DNA of 64,000 bases from Squalus acanthias (Eukaryota). The notes beneath the pieces were generated by a model. It worked only from the letters and a program-made list of their open reading frames with translations. It did not search any database and was not told where the DNA came from. The stretch covers positions 10,728,001-10,792,000 of the forward strand of contig CM059433.1 of assembly GCA_030390025.1 (NCBI GenBank), in the 5' to 3' direction. Of this stretch, positions 12,076 through 23,389 are shown one piece after another. Position numbers and translations under genes: made by a program. The first letter of the stretch is position 1, and each line of letters begins with the position of its first letter.

Positions 12076-12943
12076 GGATAGGGGCTGATTTTCCTGGTTC
12101 CTTCCTTTCCATGGGCATTGCACAGGCACTGCAGAACTGAACTGCACTACACGTGTCCAGGCCTCAGTGGGTCGGATTTGGTGGACCAGGTCACTCACAT
12201 TGTCCCATCTCTTCCCCAGTCAAAGGCAATATCCCCGGGCAGGGCCTATTACCTGGAAATGTCAGCCAGACCTGTGGGTCTGAGACACATGCAGTCGTGG
12301 CAATGACCTCCCCGATTGGGTTTGCTGCCCAAAAACAGCAGCCAGAGGCTTCCAGTCAAACCCTGGCCCAATGACTTTAAATACAAATAGAACGGACTTA
12401 CCAGCAAGAACAGTATCTGCCCATCTCTGATCCTCCAGTTAAAGAGGGGCTGGGGGGCAAGGTCTTCAGTCCTACACACCTCAGCAAAAGTAAGCACCTT
12501 TGAGAGAAGAGAGGGGTCAAAGGGAAAAAAATTGATTACGGTCAATTTTGAAGAATTGACCTATTTTACTGTGCCTCATTGTAAAATACTTACTTACCTG
12601 AAATTACTGTATGAGATATCAATGAATGAATGCATAACACATTGATATGCTATTCTTCTGTCTGCTGTTTTAACACCTCCATTAAAAGACTAGGCAGAGA
12701 AATGCTCTACAAATGCATTAAATGTTCGCCTGCTATTATCGGCAACAGTAATTTCTAGCCTCATGTATTTGCAATCGGTCTCACTCTTTTTGATCGTAAG
12801 AATCTCACTCCCAACATCTCCCTGATATTAACAGCTTCAAGGTATTCATCAAAGCAAGTTCCTCCCTCGATGTGGCCTGTCAATGTTTATACTTGTGAGA
12901 AGTCGCACAACACCAGGTTATAGTCCAACAGCTTTATTTGAAA

Positions 12944-12980
12944 TCACAAGCTTTCGGAGCGCTGCTCCTTCGTCAGGTGA
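12944..12980 (-). ncRNA. Minimal hammerhead ribozyme motif (Penelope-associated)
   Basis: Reverse complement reads TCAC-CTGACGA-aGGAGC agc GCTCC-GAAAGCTT-GTGA. Confidence 0.78.
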
Positions 12981-13082
12981 AGTGAAGAGGTGCATATAGG
13001 CACAGCAGTTAGAAAGATTAACTGTAGTCACCTGGCAGTGTTCTCTGACTATATATGCTGTGCCTATATGCATCTCTTCACT

Positions 13083-13119
13083 TCACCTGACGAAGGAGCA
13101 GCGCTCCGAAAGCTTGTGA
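13083..13119 (+). ncRNA. Minimal hammerhead ribozyme motif (Penelope-associated)
   Basis: Stem I TCAC/GTGA, core CTGACGA (13087-13093), stem II GGAGC/GCTCC, GAAA, and palindromic AGCT in place of stem III. Confidence 0.8.
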
Positions 13120-14515
13120 TTTCAAATAAAGCCGTTGGACTATAACCTGGTGTTGTGTGACTTCTCACATTTGTCCACCCCAGTCCAACACCGGCATCTC
13201 CACATCAATGTTTATACTGTCGGGTTAATCCTTCAGTTTGGGGAGGATGCAGTTCTCGATGTCAGAAGTGAAAGGGCAGTGCACATGTCTACTGCACCAC
13301 TCACAACTCACGGCATGTTCCACCATTCTTTTAGTCCAGATCCAGTTGTCTTGTTGGGCTCCACTGTCGCCTCCTTGAAAGCAGTATTTGTTTTAATGAT
13401 TGCTAAAGCTGTAGAAAGAGTGCACGTAAGATATTTCAATACATTTAACGTGCCCTGTTAAGCAAGGCTAGAAACTGTGAAATTGTTTGTCTTCAACAGA
13501 AGAAAGCAGTAAAGTGGTACATTGAGCAATCAGCTTCATGAATTAATTACAAACATTTCTAAGCATCGCAGCCACCTTGGGTCATTTCCCACTTGGGCTC
13601 CATAGTTAGTAATTAAATTAATACCAGCCATCTGTTGCTGATGCACCCAGTTCTGTGCCAGTGAGCTAAGAGACAGGTGCCTTTCCATGTTATATGCAAT
13701 ATGGACAATGAAACAATGGCACCATTTCAATTTTGCTTATTGCTAAAATGTTATTCAGGTTATATTTTCACACAGGTTGCTAATGTGAGGAAAAATTAGC
13801 ATCAATTTTTTCACTCACTTTCGCGATTGGAAGAAAATATAGTTAGATGATAGTTTCAAAAAATATTTTCTCCCAGATGCAACTCCTCTCTCTACAATGT
13901 CCCATCGCTAACGGGAGGGCAATGCTGATGACAAACTCTAAAGGGTGGTCATGCTCTCGCTGCTAGGACAGTGTTGTCTAATACGTTAAACACTAACCAC
14001 ATGTGGCTAATTGGCTAATTGATAATCAATAAAAAGAATAAGTAATAGACACCATCATTGGACATGTGATCTCAATACTCAGATTTGCATGATGCATGCA
14101 TGTGCCCTTTAACATTTTTGTACATTTATTGATAAAATGGTAAGATGAAAAGCAGAGTGGGTGAGTGTTTTTGGATCTTTGTGTGTGTTTTACTTCCTTG
14201 GTTACTGGTTATTGATTATCTGCTAAAATGCTGTGTAACTGCGGGTGAAAATGTGGGACTTCAGCACCATGGAAACACTGGCAACATTGTACGGTGAGGA
14301 GAACTATCATCGTGGCCAGCTCGACCAATTGGAGTAAGTCTTCTGCTCCAGGCCAACAGAAGGAAACAAGCTCAACCAATAACGAGCAGCTCCAACCTCA
14401 TGGCAAAGGGCGAGGAGCATCCAACCACGTTCTGGTTGGCGAGCGTGGGCAAGCCCGGCGTGCCTGATTGTATACGTCAACATTCTCAGCAATCACTCGG
14501 AGGAAGTCAAAGTAC

Positions 14516-14648
14516 CAATGTTCCCGTTAATGTGTTTTTTTGGAGGTGCGGCCCGTTCAAAATATCGCGCATACGCGGTTTTTTCCTATTGAAAGGCCGG
14601 CTGCGCGGAAGGTCCAGAGAGTTGCGCGGTTGTGCAACTTAAACATTG
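14516..14648. mobile_element. hAT-like MITE, related to 3539-3703
   Basis: Starts CAATGTTCCC and ends AAACATTG. Perfect 8-bp TSD CAAAGTAC (14508-14515 / 14649-14656). Shares internal gcggccc.ttcaaa and gcgcgg.tgtgca.cttaa with the other copy. Confidence 0.85.
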
Positions 14649-14782
14649 CAAAGTACCGCTCACAACCGCTGGACAAAAAAACTAAAAGCTACACTATGGT
14701 GCACTATGTCTGATCAAACTCATGCCAGAACTCTAAACTTTGGTGCAGGAGAAAGACGACAACATTTCGCATTGAATAGTAG

Positions 14783-15190
14783 TCTTCTTCTTCTTCTTCT
14801 TCTTAGGCAGTCCCTCGGAACCGAGGATGACTTGCTTCCACATTAAAAATGAGTTCTCAGGTGACTGATGAGTCCGATGTGGGACCTACAGTCTCTGTCA
14901 CAGGTGGGGCAGACGGTGGTTGAAGGGGCGGGTGGGTGGGGTGCTTGGGTTGACGTGCGCTCCTTGCGCTGCTTGCGCTTAGCTTCCGCTTGCTCCCGGC
15001 GAAGAGACTCGAGGTGTTCGGCGCCTTCCCGGATGCTTCTGCTCCACTTTGTGCGGTCTTGGGCCAGGGATTCCCAGGTGTCGGTGGGGATGTTACACTT
15101 TTTCAAGGAGGCTTTGAGGGTGTCCTTGAAGCGTTTCCTCTGCCCACCTGGGGCTCTCTTGCCGTGCCGGAGCTTCAAGTAGAGCGCTTG
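14783..15190 (-). mobile_element. RTE-clade LINE 3' fragment with (GAA)n tail
   Basis: GKRAPGGQRKRFKDTLKASLKKC...WESLAQDR.KW...CPTCDRDCRSHIGLISHLRTH; (CTT)n on the plus strand at 14784-14803. Confidence 0.9.
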
Positions 15191-16591
15191 TTAAGTAGAT
15201 GTTTGTTAAGTAAATATACACGTGAAGTACATTCACTTATGCTGTGTACTTTTTTTTAAATTTTTAGTATTTTCTACTAAAATTAGTGCATGTGGCGAAA
15301 ACAGTGTCGCCATAGCCATGCCTGTGGCTAGCTAGTCAGCAATTTCTACTGGACAAGACTGTATGAGAAAGCAGTCTGTTTAACACAAAAATATGGCTCA
15401 AAAAACACTGGGAGCAGCCTTACTGCCAGTCCAACGTCTAGGCTGAAGGCTGCAATGTCAGCATTTGATAAAAAATGAATTGTGATGACGAAACATAGAC
15501 AGAAGTAAACGCTACATGAAGAGCTGGCCTGCTCTCTCAGCGTGGTATAAACCGTTCAGACTTGGAGGCAAATGGCCTTGCTTAAAACAATTTGGCTTTT
15601 TATTTTGCCTTTTTAATCCTTCTTCCTCCAGGAGTGTTGACAGAAAAGTGGTTCGTTTACAAAAATTTCAATAGTCAAACAGCCATTAAAACCGCAATCG
15701 CTGCAGGCAAAGCTGAGCGCACCAATTCTGGGAGTAACAGAGCTCTTAATTAGCATTTTTCAGATTAAGTGAATAATTTAACTGTTGCTGTATAAAATAC
15801 AAGTCTTCAGTGTTTAGCACATATCCGCGTATCTTAAAGCATAACTGGCCTCAGTAACGGTCCTTTGCTTTTCATACCAAATCTCTTGAAAATGTCAATC
15901 ATACCATGGTGCAATTTTCTGGCCATCATTTGGTTCCTCCACTTTGGTGACAGGTGAGGTTTTGGGGTATTGAAAATGGCTACAAACAGTGCAAAGAAGA
16001 GACAGCATCTGACTCACGCTCACCCCTTTTGCTGGAAGGATTCCAATTATGAAAGTACAAAGCCAGGAAAATAAAGTACTCATGGGTGGCTAAATTGGGC
16101 CATGTAGCAGCCATTTTTCAGGCGTGACGCGTCCACATAAGACTCGAAAATGGGGTCCGAGATGCACGCGCACACTTCCGACAGGAAGTGCACAGGACGC
16201 CATCTTGGTAAAGGGGTTTGCGTGCTTCACCTAACGACCGCTGACAGCATGTAGAGCAGCGAGGTGATGACACGAATCAGGGTGCAACGCTGATTTGAAA
16301 CCACCGTTGCCATTTTCCAACTGCACACTCCAGCCCTGTCCTAACCTTGCACAGTTGAACATGATGTTAAACAGAATGGGCGACACCCCACCAGTGCTGC
16401 TTAAAGGGATCATGAAGTACTTATAGGTTAGTTCCTGGATTATTTCTTCTGTCTGCTGGAGCAATTTTACACATTTTTGGAAGGTTTCCTCTTGGCTAAA
16501 GTTTGAATGGTCTACAGGGAATGGTCTGGCTGGTGCTGAAGTACTTTTCTGTTCATTTAAAAGTTTGCGCTGAAACAAGTTGCTTCCAGAC

Positions 16592-17762
16592 ATGGGTGGC
16601 CTGGTAGGGCAACCTCTGGGAATTGAACCTGACTGGGAGAATGAAGAGAGGTCACGTGGAGTAGGACAAGCTGCTAGAAGAGGGAGGAAGAGGAGCAGGA
16701 GAAGGGCTCTAAGCAGGAGGCCATATCTACCAAGGGTCTTCAGGGAGCAATTCTCTTACCTCAGTTTCAGCAAGGACCAATGCCTGGGATGTCTTCGCTT
16801 CACAAAAGAGGTGGTGAGTGCATTCTGTCACCTGTGCAGCCACAACTGCAGCCTCAAAGCAGGGCAAGGACAGCATTGCCTGTGGCTGTCAAAGTGACCG
16901 TGGCGCTTAATTTTTATGGGTCTGGCTCCTACCCGGCTGCTGCTGGAGATATTAGCAACATCTCGCAGTTTGCAGCGCACTGCTGCATAAGGGAGATTAC
17001 TGAGGCTCTCTATACAAAGAGAAACATATGCCTCTCATTCCCTTTTGTGAGAGACCAGCAGGCGGAGCGAGCACAAGGGTTTGTACGGATTGCAGGTTTT
17101 CCCATGGCGCAGGGTGCCATTAACTGCACGCACATTGCCTTGCGTGCGCCTCTTGTGAACTTGGCCATATTCATGAACCAAAAGCGATTCCACTCCCTCA
17201 ATGTGCAGCTGGTGTGAGACCACAGGCAGCTCATTATGCAGGTGAATGCCCGTTATCCTGGCAGCAGTCACGATTCCTTCATTCTGCGCCAGTCCTCTGT
17301 TCCACCTGTATTTGAACCACCACGGCAAGTCAAAGGCTGGGTTTAGGGCGACAAGGGTTATCTCCTCATGACATGGTTCATGACTCCGGTCCAGAACCCA
17401 CGCACACGTGCACAGCAGGCCTACATTGTGAGCCATGCTGCTACAAGGAACATTATAGAGCCCACCATTGGCAACCTCAAGCAACGCTTCCGCTGCCTGG
17501 ATTGCACTGGAGGAGCCCTGCAGTACTCGGGTGAGCGGGTATCAAGGTTTCTGGTAGTAGGCCGCATGCTGCACAACCTGGCCATTATGAGGGAACAGCC
17601 CTTGCTGCCACCTATCAGACGAGAAGCTGAGGAGCAGGAGAAGAAGGAGGAAGAAGTCAACAAGAAGTGGAGGTACAGGAAGAGGAAGGGAGGCTACAAC
17701 ATAGACAACCCCTTTCTGGCTGGGCTCTACGTGATAAGATTATACATAAGCGATTCCAGTAA
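16592..17762 (+). pseudogene. Harbinger DDE transposase (HARBI1-like), disrupted by frameshifts and stops
   Basis: ALNFYGSGSY, GFPMAQGAINCTHI (first catalytic D appears as N), HSLNVQLV, YPGSSHDSFIL, GDKGY, RNIIEPTIGNLKQRFRCLD, MLHNLAI, acidic tail. Confidence 0.93.
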
Positions 17763-17933
17763 CCTCAACCACACCTCCACATTCACCAACAGTTCCACGC
17801 TCCTTACCTTTCCTCTATCACTGACCATCACATCGTCTTCTTTATAACAACACAAAAATAAAAGCCACCAGAAAATGCACATTCAAATCCTATTTTATAA
17901 ATTCACTTGTTAAATAATGCATATAAAATTAAA

Positions 17934-19772
17934 CTAATCACCCTTGTGCATTCCCTTAGTGCCTGTCTTCTGTGTGCCTTTGCCTATCCTAGTGCTCCTA
18001 CGAGGTGCTTCCCCAGTGGCTGCAGCATGGGTGGTGGAAGGCTGCTGACCTTCAGTTGAGGCGACTGCAGATGGCCTTGGAGGATGACCTCGAGCAGCTC
18101 TGGGCCTAGAAGGCCCGGCTGCAGACTGCACCATCTGGGCCTGGGCTGCAGCAGTCTGGCCTGGCTGGCTGACAGACAACAGCAAGGGCACTGGTAGAGT
18201 GGCAGGGGTGGGATCAGGAATACTGTCATCCTGAGAGAGGACAGCAGGTTCCTGTTCCATGGAGCCGCTGTTGCTCTCCCGGGGTGGCGCCTCAGCAATG
18301 CTACCGATCTGTAGGAGAACAGATTGATGGACTCTGCTGTGACTCTCTGGAAGCCCCTTTGAACAGTGCTATCCAGAGCCACGATGGCAGCAGTCTGCGC
18401 TTGCAAGGCAGCGGTCTGAGATTCCACTGCAGCACTCAAACCTTTCATGGAAGCTGCTTGTGCTGTAATGGTAGCTATTTGTACTGTATTAGGAGGTGTG
18501 ATATCAGCCATCAGATGCTGCATCATGGTGTGTTAATGGAGGTGGCCACCCGTTCAATGTTGGAAGGGATGGGCTCCAAGCTCTGTGCAAAGCCCTGTGC
18601 CAAGTTGGAGCATTTAGTTGTGTACACCCATCAGCCTTCTTCTGTAGTCTGGCCCATTAAAGTCCTCATCTGACTCCTCTGCAGCAGAACTAGTGTGAGA
18701 CCTCACCCTTCGGCCAGCTAGCACCTGCGCTATCCTTTCCCCCAGCCCTGGCTCCTGCGCACTTGTGCATCACCATGTGCAGATCCCTCCTCTATCCTAG
18801 CCTCTAAAATACTTGCAGTGTCAGTCTGTGAGCTGGTGGCTGCTGGTATAAGATCTAGTGATGTTGTCACTTCATCTTCGCTGTCTTCTTCCTCTTCCTC
18901 CTCTGACTGGGAAGATTCCAGTTCTTGGGTATCTGAAATGAAAAAGGGACAAGGGTTGGGGTGTGGCGAGGGGAGAGGAGAAAGTAAGAAGTGCGTGCTT
19001 ACACCATCTACAGATTGTGAGTCAGAAGAGATTGTGGGATGAGGGAGTAGTGGGAAGAGAGGAGGAGGATTAGGTATGCAGATCCCCTGATCATCGATCT
19101 CTCCTGCCCTGCCAGTGGCCACGGCCTCAGTGATGCTCCTTCCTATGATGGCCAGCACTGTCTCCTCCATGGGTGTGAAAACATGCAGGCGCGCTTGTCC
19201 TCCTCCAGTTCTTTGCTGCTGCCTGCTGTTATGCGCCACCTTCTCCTGCAAGAACGAGGGAAGTGTGTTAGTGAGTGTCCTGCAATATGTTTGGGTGATG
19301 TAGCTGTGGTGGTTGAATAGCTGCCAGCGTGTGTGAGCTGTGAGTTGTGGGTGCAAGGCTTGCAACAGTGCTAAGTGTGGGAGGGTGAGGTAAAGCATCT
19401 GATTTGAAGGGTTGAGTACTAATTGATAGAGATTGTTGGTAGGTGGGTGATGGTGGTGTAAAGAGTGGAGCAGTGGATGAGGCTAGTGGTGCAGCTGGTA
19501 GACAGTGCCATTTGAAGAGGAACTCACTCACCTTGACAACTCGTGTGAGATCGTTAAACTTCTTCCTGCACTGCATCCATGTTCTTGGAGCAACACTCCT
19601 GGCATTGACCTCCGCCACTACTTCTTCCTACTGCCTCCTGAGGATAAGTCTGGAGGGTCTCCTGCCCACCCTGCAGATGCAGGATGCCTCTCCTTCTCTC
19701 TACACCCTGCACCAAGACCTCCAGTGCATTGTCTGACAACCTTGGTGCTGGTTCTCTCACATGTTCAGCCAC
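17934..19772 (-). pseudogene. Harbinger Myb/SANT-like (trihelix) DNA-binding protein gene, multi-exon, disrupted
   Basis: APRLSDNALEVLVQGVERRR...RTWMQCRKKFNDLTRVVK | GT-AG intron 19531-19246 | EKVAHNSRQQQRTGGG...TPMEETVLAIIG; acidic exon; C-terminal APRRSTR. Confidence 0.85.
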
Positions 19773-20521
19773 TGCTCAAAGTATCACAGCCCAGATTACC
19801 TTTTGAAAAAACTCCCACCACTCCTTGCAGCCACAATGCACCACCCCCCCCCCCTCTCCACCCCATAAGAGGAACAGTCTGCCTTTAAGTAGCGCTAGCC
19901 ACTTATCGGACCCCCTGCTGATGCTTGCAGCCAATGAGCAGCTCAGGTAGCGCTGGCTGATCGCATCAACCATGCACCAAGACCTCCAGTGCATTGCCTG
20001 AAAACCTTGGCGCTCGCTCTCTCGCATGTTCAGCCATTGCTCAAACCAGACAGCCCCAATTTACCGTGTTGCCTGAACAGCGGGTTAATTGCGTACCGCG
20101 GTCCCCATGCCTGTTTTCGGGGGCTAGCCAATTTCCCCCCTATTGACTGTTGCTAGGGTACAGTTCCAGGGATGCTAGACTCAGACTGGTACCTCGCCCA
20201 CGTGCTATGTTTGATGTATGAGCCACTAAGCGCTGGCAGGTCATTCGACTATAAATGGCATCACCACTGATTCTGATTCTGTCCTCACTCAATGACCACA
20301 CATGCAATTTCCAGCTGGAGATGCCCAGATACTGATCAGGTGCAGGAACCCTGACTTATCTCCCCCCCCCCCCCCCTTGATAATCCCAGGGCACCAAGGC
20401 TGATTGCAAAGCCCCCAGCTGTTGCCTGATGGAGACACTTTTATTCCTGTATGGCCTGATCACTCACCGTCTTCACCAACCGAGCCACGAGAGAGCGGAA
20501 AGAGATTTCATTGGACGTATA

Positions 20522-20668
20522 CAGCGGAACTTTCGGCAGGTGAGGGAAGGGGGTGTAAGACGGGCATTAGAGGATCGGCCACCCGTTACACACCCATGTA
20601 GAGTGGGCAGCCGCACCCACACCGCCTGTCAAACCCCCCCACCCCCACCGATATTGAAAGTTCCACCC
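20522..20668. mobile_element. Small Harbinger-like MITE remnant
   Basis: Inverted ends GCGGAACTTTC / GAAAGTTCCAC around a GC-rich interior. Confidence 0.45.
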
Positions 20669-22810
20669 TGAGCAGCAGATGGGATTCTCTAGGTAGGTTT
20701 CACCTTCGCCCCTTCCACAAAATTGATAATATCCTGATCCTGTGCCACCCTATGGAGATGTGATACTGATGCCCTTTTGTAATTCTGTAAAGCACATTGG
20801 TGTCCCTTTTGGCGCAATGTTTACCATCTGATTTATCAGAGGGTTTTACTCTGTGGTGAAGGAAACCACGTGCTGATCTACCCCCTCTCGTGGCATTCGT
20901 GACCACAAGAAGGACTGGAATATGGTAACCGGGGCTGGCAGGCTAATTCAACCAATCGTCTCTCGATGTTTTACTATTGTAAAACCAGCAAGTTGGTTTT
21001 TAAAAAGGCTTTAATCTAGCAATTATTACCAGAAGCAGGGAATATCAAAAGCAGTCGGAGATGGAATACCACCTGTGGTAACCTGTTCTTTCTTGCCAAG
21101 AAAAAAATCCAGTTCATGTAAGTATGTTTCATTATTACTGTAATCACACATTCCAATAGTTGAATAATGTTTAATTTGTATTTTTTGATCCCTGCCAACT
21201 TTCTTCCATTCCTTTCTTTCCTGAAGGCATTGACTCCTCGCGAGGCCAATTGTGTCGTTTTGCCATATTAAACCCATGCTGGAAGTGCTCTCCCAGTAAC
21301 TCAGTGAGTCGACGCACTGGATGACATGGTAGTGAGCAAAAGAGATCAGGAAAGTCCCACAGTTCGATCCCTGGTCTTTGCTCAGTGAGCCACTTTGAAG
21401 TGGAGCAATACCGAAGGCTCAAAATCAGCCTCTGTAGGTTCAGGTTTCTGCATAGGAAGAGGGGTAAAATTTAGACATCGTTCCCACTCCTGATCGCTAC
21501 CTAGCAAACCTGCTTGCAGGTGGTGTGCCCAGAGATCGGGTGATGCAGGATCAGTAGTGATAGCTCCCATGGAAAATAGCCCGCTGGTCCCATTATCCAG
21601 ACTCATGATTGAGGGGTCAAAGGGCAAGGGACTGACCCAACAGGTTCAAAAGAGAGGAGGATTATGGGAAGGAAATTGAAGGGAAAATTGCAGGAGCAGA
21701 AAGAAAAAAGTGTCATGCTGTATGAAGGACTGCGGAATACTTCATCACCCAGCAGTTGTCAGGTCTGCCTCACTCAGTTCCCCACCTCTTCACCAAGTGC
21801 TTCGGTACTCTCCTTTTCACTGTATTTCCATTCATACAGCTCCTCTTACTCATTATACCATAGAACATATTGCGGAATTTATATTCTGATGACCCTGACA
21901 CGTATAAACCTTCTGGAGACATACTTACTATGATTTTAGATTTCCCCATTGAAAAACCAGGAAATCGAAAGGCTGGTAAGGCACTATTAGCAGTGCTGTG
22001 ACCTGTACTTACAAGAAAGCAGCAGATGGGAGATAAATATTACCTTTACGGTGGCCACTTTAGACCAGAGTCACCTTGACATCACTTTCTTCCAAATAAT
22101 AGGATACAGATGCTATACCCTACCAGATCATGTTGGATTTGGAACAGAATGTTCTGTAGGAGGTTGATTGTTAATGAGAGATTTACCTCGTCTTATAGAA
22201 CATGTTGTTGGGAGGTGCTTGAAAATTCTAATCGCCCTGGCTGAACCACTTGTTAAAGATTTTAGCTCACGCACTGTGACTGACTAATATCACAGTGATA
22301 AAAGTATTCAAATGATAAAGGTAATCACGTGATTACATGATATAGCGACAAACAAAATTATTGTTTTAAGATTATTGTTTCAAATTTAAAATGACTGTTT
22401 TAAAGCACTGGGGTTCAGTTCTAGCGAGATAGAATTGAAAAGCAGAGAAGTTATGTTAAACCTGTATCGAGCGTTGGTTAGACCACACTTTGAGTACTGT
22501 GCACAGTTCTGGTCTCCGTATTATAAAAAGGATATAGAGGCACTGGAGAGGGTGCAAAAAAGATTTACAAGGATGATGCCAGAACTGAGAGGAGATATTT
22601 ATCAGGGAAGGCAGAACAGCCTGGGGCTCTAACCTCTAGAAAAGAGGGGATGGATTTTAATGTGCAGGAGCACGTGGGTTTGGGAGCGGGTGGGGGTTAA
22701 AACCGGTGAAATTGACAGTGCGTCGGGAAACCGGCTCCACTCCACTAACTTCCAGCTTTCACTGCAGCGCGTTAGGCTGCGTGCGAGCAACCCCCGAGAG
22801 AGAGACGGGT

Positions 22811-23085
22811 CATAAGAACATAAGAACATAAGAAATAGGAGCAGGAATAGGCCACTCGGCCCCTCGAGCCTGCTCCACCATTCAATAAGATCATGGCTGA
22901 TCTTGGGCTCAAAGCCACTTCCCTGCCCGCTCCCCATAACCCTTCACTCCCTTATCTTGCAAAAATCTTCTATCTCCACCTTAAATGTATTCAATGACCC
23001 AGCCTCCACGGCTCTCTGGGGCAGAGAATTCCACAGATTTACGACCCTCTGAGAGAAAAAGTTCCTCCTCATCTCAGTTCTAAAA
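22811..23085 (-). mobile_element. CR1 3' end nested in Harbinger 2
   Basis: (cataagaa)3 tail followed by the CR1 3' UTR and ORF2 end. Confidence 0.88.
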
Positions 23086-23389
23086 GGACCAATTAATATA
23101 TGTTAATCACTCCATTAAGCGATATTGACATCAATTTTTCAGTTTAACTTTGGGTCCACGGGTTTCCTGGGCTTCTTGGAACTCGCCAGTGAAAGCAAGG
23201 TGAGTACACAGCGGCAATTGAGGGGGCTGAAGCAATCTCAGGGAAGTATGCCAATAAATACTCAGTACTCACAGCTGCTTTCTTACCTGCTTGTGAGAAA
23301 GGGTTTGCTCACAGCCCTTGTGCTGAGAGGCTACTTTACACATTTTGGAGGTTTGGAGGTCTGATTTGCGCTTTGGAGCTCTGATCTAT

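Larger units (their letters stand above)
12894..13204. mobile_element. Penelope-like (family A) inverted pLTR pair
   Basis: 114-bp inverted arms 12894-13007 and 13056-13169 with 3 mismatches; extra tail 13170-13204; 14-bp TSD TCAATGTTTATACT (12880-12893 / 13205-13218). Confidence 0.88.
16084..20140. mobile_element. PIF/Harbinger DNA transposon 1 (about 4.05 kb, decayed)
   Basis: Convergent transposase and Myb/SANT genes. Degenerate TIRs GGGTGGCTAAATTGG / CCAATTTCCCCCC. TSD is not clean. Confidence 0.85.
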
